DNA of 18,152 nucleotides from a bacterium (GTDB lineage Bacteria; Cyanobacteriota; Vampirovibrionia; Gastranaerophilales; JBAXKC01): NCBI GenBank assembly GCA_037137535.1, contig JBAXKC010000046.1, positions 1 to 18,152 of the forward strand, read 5' to 3'. Shown piece by piece: positions 16,453 to 18,152 of this stretch (position 1 is its first letter; each line of letters starts with the position of its first letter). The notes under the pieces were generated by a model. It saw only the letters and a program-made list of their open reading frames with translations, ran no database searches and was not told where the DNA came from. The position numbers and the translations under genes were made by a program.

Positions 16453-17007
16453 ATGGATAACTACAATTTAAATTTAAATCCATTAATTAAATATAGCCGT
16501 GAAAAGGGAGGCTCTTCCAATGCACAGGCTCAGTTAGCCTATGAACTTGATAGAAAAAAACGAATTGAAGAAAAATATATTATAGATGAAGACTTAAAAA
16601 AAGATTTTCATTTTTTTAATGATACTTTTATTTCTAAACAAAGTAAAAAGCCTTTAATGAATTTTTCAAATAAAGCTGAAAAGCTTATTAAAAATTCAAA
16701 ACTTGAAATGCCGACAGAACATGAGGATCTTGACAGCGCAATAAGTAAGCTGGATAAAATTGAGAAAATGCTTATTGATCAAAAAAATAAACCTTTATAC
16801 AAGTTTATTTCAGATACGACTTCGTCAAATCCTGTTAAAGAAAATAAAACAACATTAAGTGACTATATAGTAAAGAAAAATTCAAATTTTATGTATACTA
16901 ATCCATTTGCTCCTAAAAATAACGAGCCGACTGAATCGTCTGCGTTAAAATATAAAAAAATAATAGATGGAATCATAGACACCTTTAAAGGAAGGCTCGG
17001 CAAATAA
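16453..17007 (+). CDS. Hypothetical hydrophilic K/N/S-rich protein
   Basis: 184-aa ORF fills the gap between a divergent promoter and the next gene, which starts at the base after its stop. AGGA lies upstream. No recognisable motif. Confidence 0.65.
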   Translation: MDNYNLNLNPLIKYSREKGGSSNAQAQLAYELDRKKRIEEKYIIDEDLKKDFHFFNDTFISKQSKKPLMNFSNKAEKLIKNSKLEMPTEHEDLDSAISKLDKIEKMLIDQKNKPLYKFISDTTSSNPVKENKTTLSDYIVKKNSNFMYTNPFAPKNNEPTESSALKYKKIIDGIIDTFKGRLGK

Positions 17008-17979
17008 TTGAAAAAGGCTATAATTTATTACTTCAGCGGATCCGGCAATTCATTCTGGATGGCGGAACAAACACAAAAAGAACTTAAAAAGTATAATTAC
17101 AACGCTATTATTGTAAATATTGAAAATAAGTCTATAGCTAATGATCATAATGAAGCAGAACTTATCGGCTTTATTATTCCTATATATGCTTTTGGATTAC
17201 CTGAAATGGCGGTTAATTTTTTAAATAAATTACCAAAGTCAAAAAAACAAAAAACTTTCTTGTTTACAAGTCCCGCAGGGCATGAAGGTGTCGGCATTTT
17301 ACAAGGAAGTCTTATTTTAAAGTCTAAAGGTTATAATCTTGTAAAAGCTCATTCTGTTTATATGCCTGATACATGGATAGCAGTAATGAATGCGCCTGAA
17401 GATGAAAAACTGCAAAAAAAATGTTCGGATAATTCAAAAATACTTGGTAATTACTTAAAAGAAATTGAAGAGGGTAAAACCTCTATAGGCATTGCTAATC
17501 CTTTAGCAATTATAAGTCTTGGTCTTATTTATTTGATGTTTGTTTTAATTGGCAGGCATCAAGCAGGTAAAGTCTTCTGTTTTAATAAAAAATGTGTAAA
17601 ATGTAAAATCTGTTATGAGAATTGCCCATCAAAAACAATCAAATGGAAGAATAAAAGACCATATTGGTCTTGGAATTGTCAACAATGTTTTAGATGTATA
17701 AATGCTTGTCCGTATAATGCTATTGAAATTTCAAATATTGCTCTTGTGTTTCCATTTGTTGTATCAATTGCAAGTATGTATTGTTATAAGTTTTTACCTT
17801 ATATAGCTAAATTGAATTTTATTAATCCAATTCCTGAAATTATTTTTGTTTCATTAATGTCTTTGAGTGCTTGTTGGCTAGTACAAATTTTACATAATTA
17901 TAAACTTTTACCACCATTGTATTTAACTAAAACTAGAAAAAGATATAGTTTTTTTAGAAAAAAATTAATTAATAAGTAA
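17008..17979 (+). CDS. EFR1-family flavodoxin/2x[4Fe-4S] ferredoxin fusion with hydrophobic C-terminal extension
   Basis: YYFSGSGNS FMN-binding loop and GFIIPIYAFGLP; CVKCKICYENCP and CQQCFRCINACP dicluster motifs. TTG start with AAAGGAAGG SD upstream. Confidence 0.88.
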   Translation: MKKAIIYYFSGSGNSFWMAEQTQKELKKYNYNAIIVNIENKSIANDHNEAELIGFIIPIYAFGLPEMAVNFLNKLPKSKKQKTFLFTSPAGHEGVGILQGSLILKSKGYNLVKAHSVYMPDTWIAVMNAPEDEKLQKKCSDNSKILGNYLKEIEEGKTSIGIANPLAIISLGLIYLMFVLIGRHQAGKVFCFNKKCVKCKICYENCPSKTIKWKNKRPYWSWNCQQCFRCINACPYNAIEISNIALVFPFVVSIASMYCYKFLPYIAKLNFINPIPEIIFVSLMSLSACWLVQILHNYKLLPPLYLTKTRKRYSFFRKKLINK

Positions 17980-17995
17980 TAATTTTATACTATTG

Positions 17996-18152
17996 CTCTG
18001 TGCTTTTGTACTATTCCTCAAATAACCCCTCAATATTCAGTTTTTCGTTTAATTTCCCCAATGCTAAAGTCGGTAGCAACCTTTTTTGTGCTTTTTCCTC
18101 TGTGCTTTTGTACTATTCCTCAAATAACCCCTCAATATTCAGTTTTTCGTTT
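17996..18152. repeat. Direct repeat with 102-bp period, at least 55 bp identical, running off the right edge
   Basis: CTCTGTGCTTTTGTACTATTCCTCAAATAACCCCTCAATATTCAGTTTTTCGTTT occurs at 17996-18050 and 18098-18152. Confidence 0.92.

Noticed and set aside
17996-18152. CRISPR array (55-nt repeat + 47-nt spacer)
   Set aside because: The repeat is longer than typical CRISPR repeats and not bounded on the right. Only two copies exist, the 'spacer' contains a partial copy of the repeat, and no cas genes are in the window.
17976-18152. Coding 34-aa (TPR-length) repeat
   Set aside because: All minus frames have stops within the unit. Two plus frames are open but lack a convincing start/RBS and show no TPR pattern.
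1-18152. Alternative genetic code, tRNA/rRNA genes, transposase or prophage genes
   Set aside because: Genes are full length under code 11 with TGA as stop (ubiX). Intergenic gaps are short with no recognisable RNA gene, and no mobile-element ORF is seen.

Overview
AT-rich bacterial chromosomal fragment, probably an entire short-read contig, because both ends stop inside exact 55-nt direct repeats. A Cyanobacteriota-type lineage such as Melainabacteria/Vampirovibrionia is inferred from the cyanobacterial-style RecG N-terminal extension plus low GC; this is unverified. The left third holds the 3' part of a giant RTX-type secreted protein that is open from base 3. It has a 21-aa coiled-coil tandem repeat, a short YD/RHS-like segment, 17 RTX modules of 81/90 aa including a perfect 876-bp duplication, and a T1SS-type C-terminus. 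Converging on it is a minus-strand run: TM-TPR protein, pheA, NFACT/RqcH, LPG-synthase-TM flippase-like protein, CHASE2 class III adenylate cyclase, recG, then ubiX coupled by an ATGA overlap to a kinase strongly resembling animal-type phosphomevalonate kinase. Divergent on the right are an orphan ORF, a membrane-anchored EFR1-type flavodoxin-ferredoxin, and a non-coding 102-bp-period repeat running off the end. The most interesting candidate system is the ubiX + PMVK-like pair, which may supply prenyl monophosphate for prFMN synthesis or belong to an atypical isoprenoid route. All family calls come from reading motifs by eye; no searches were run.
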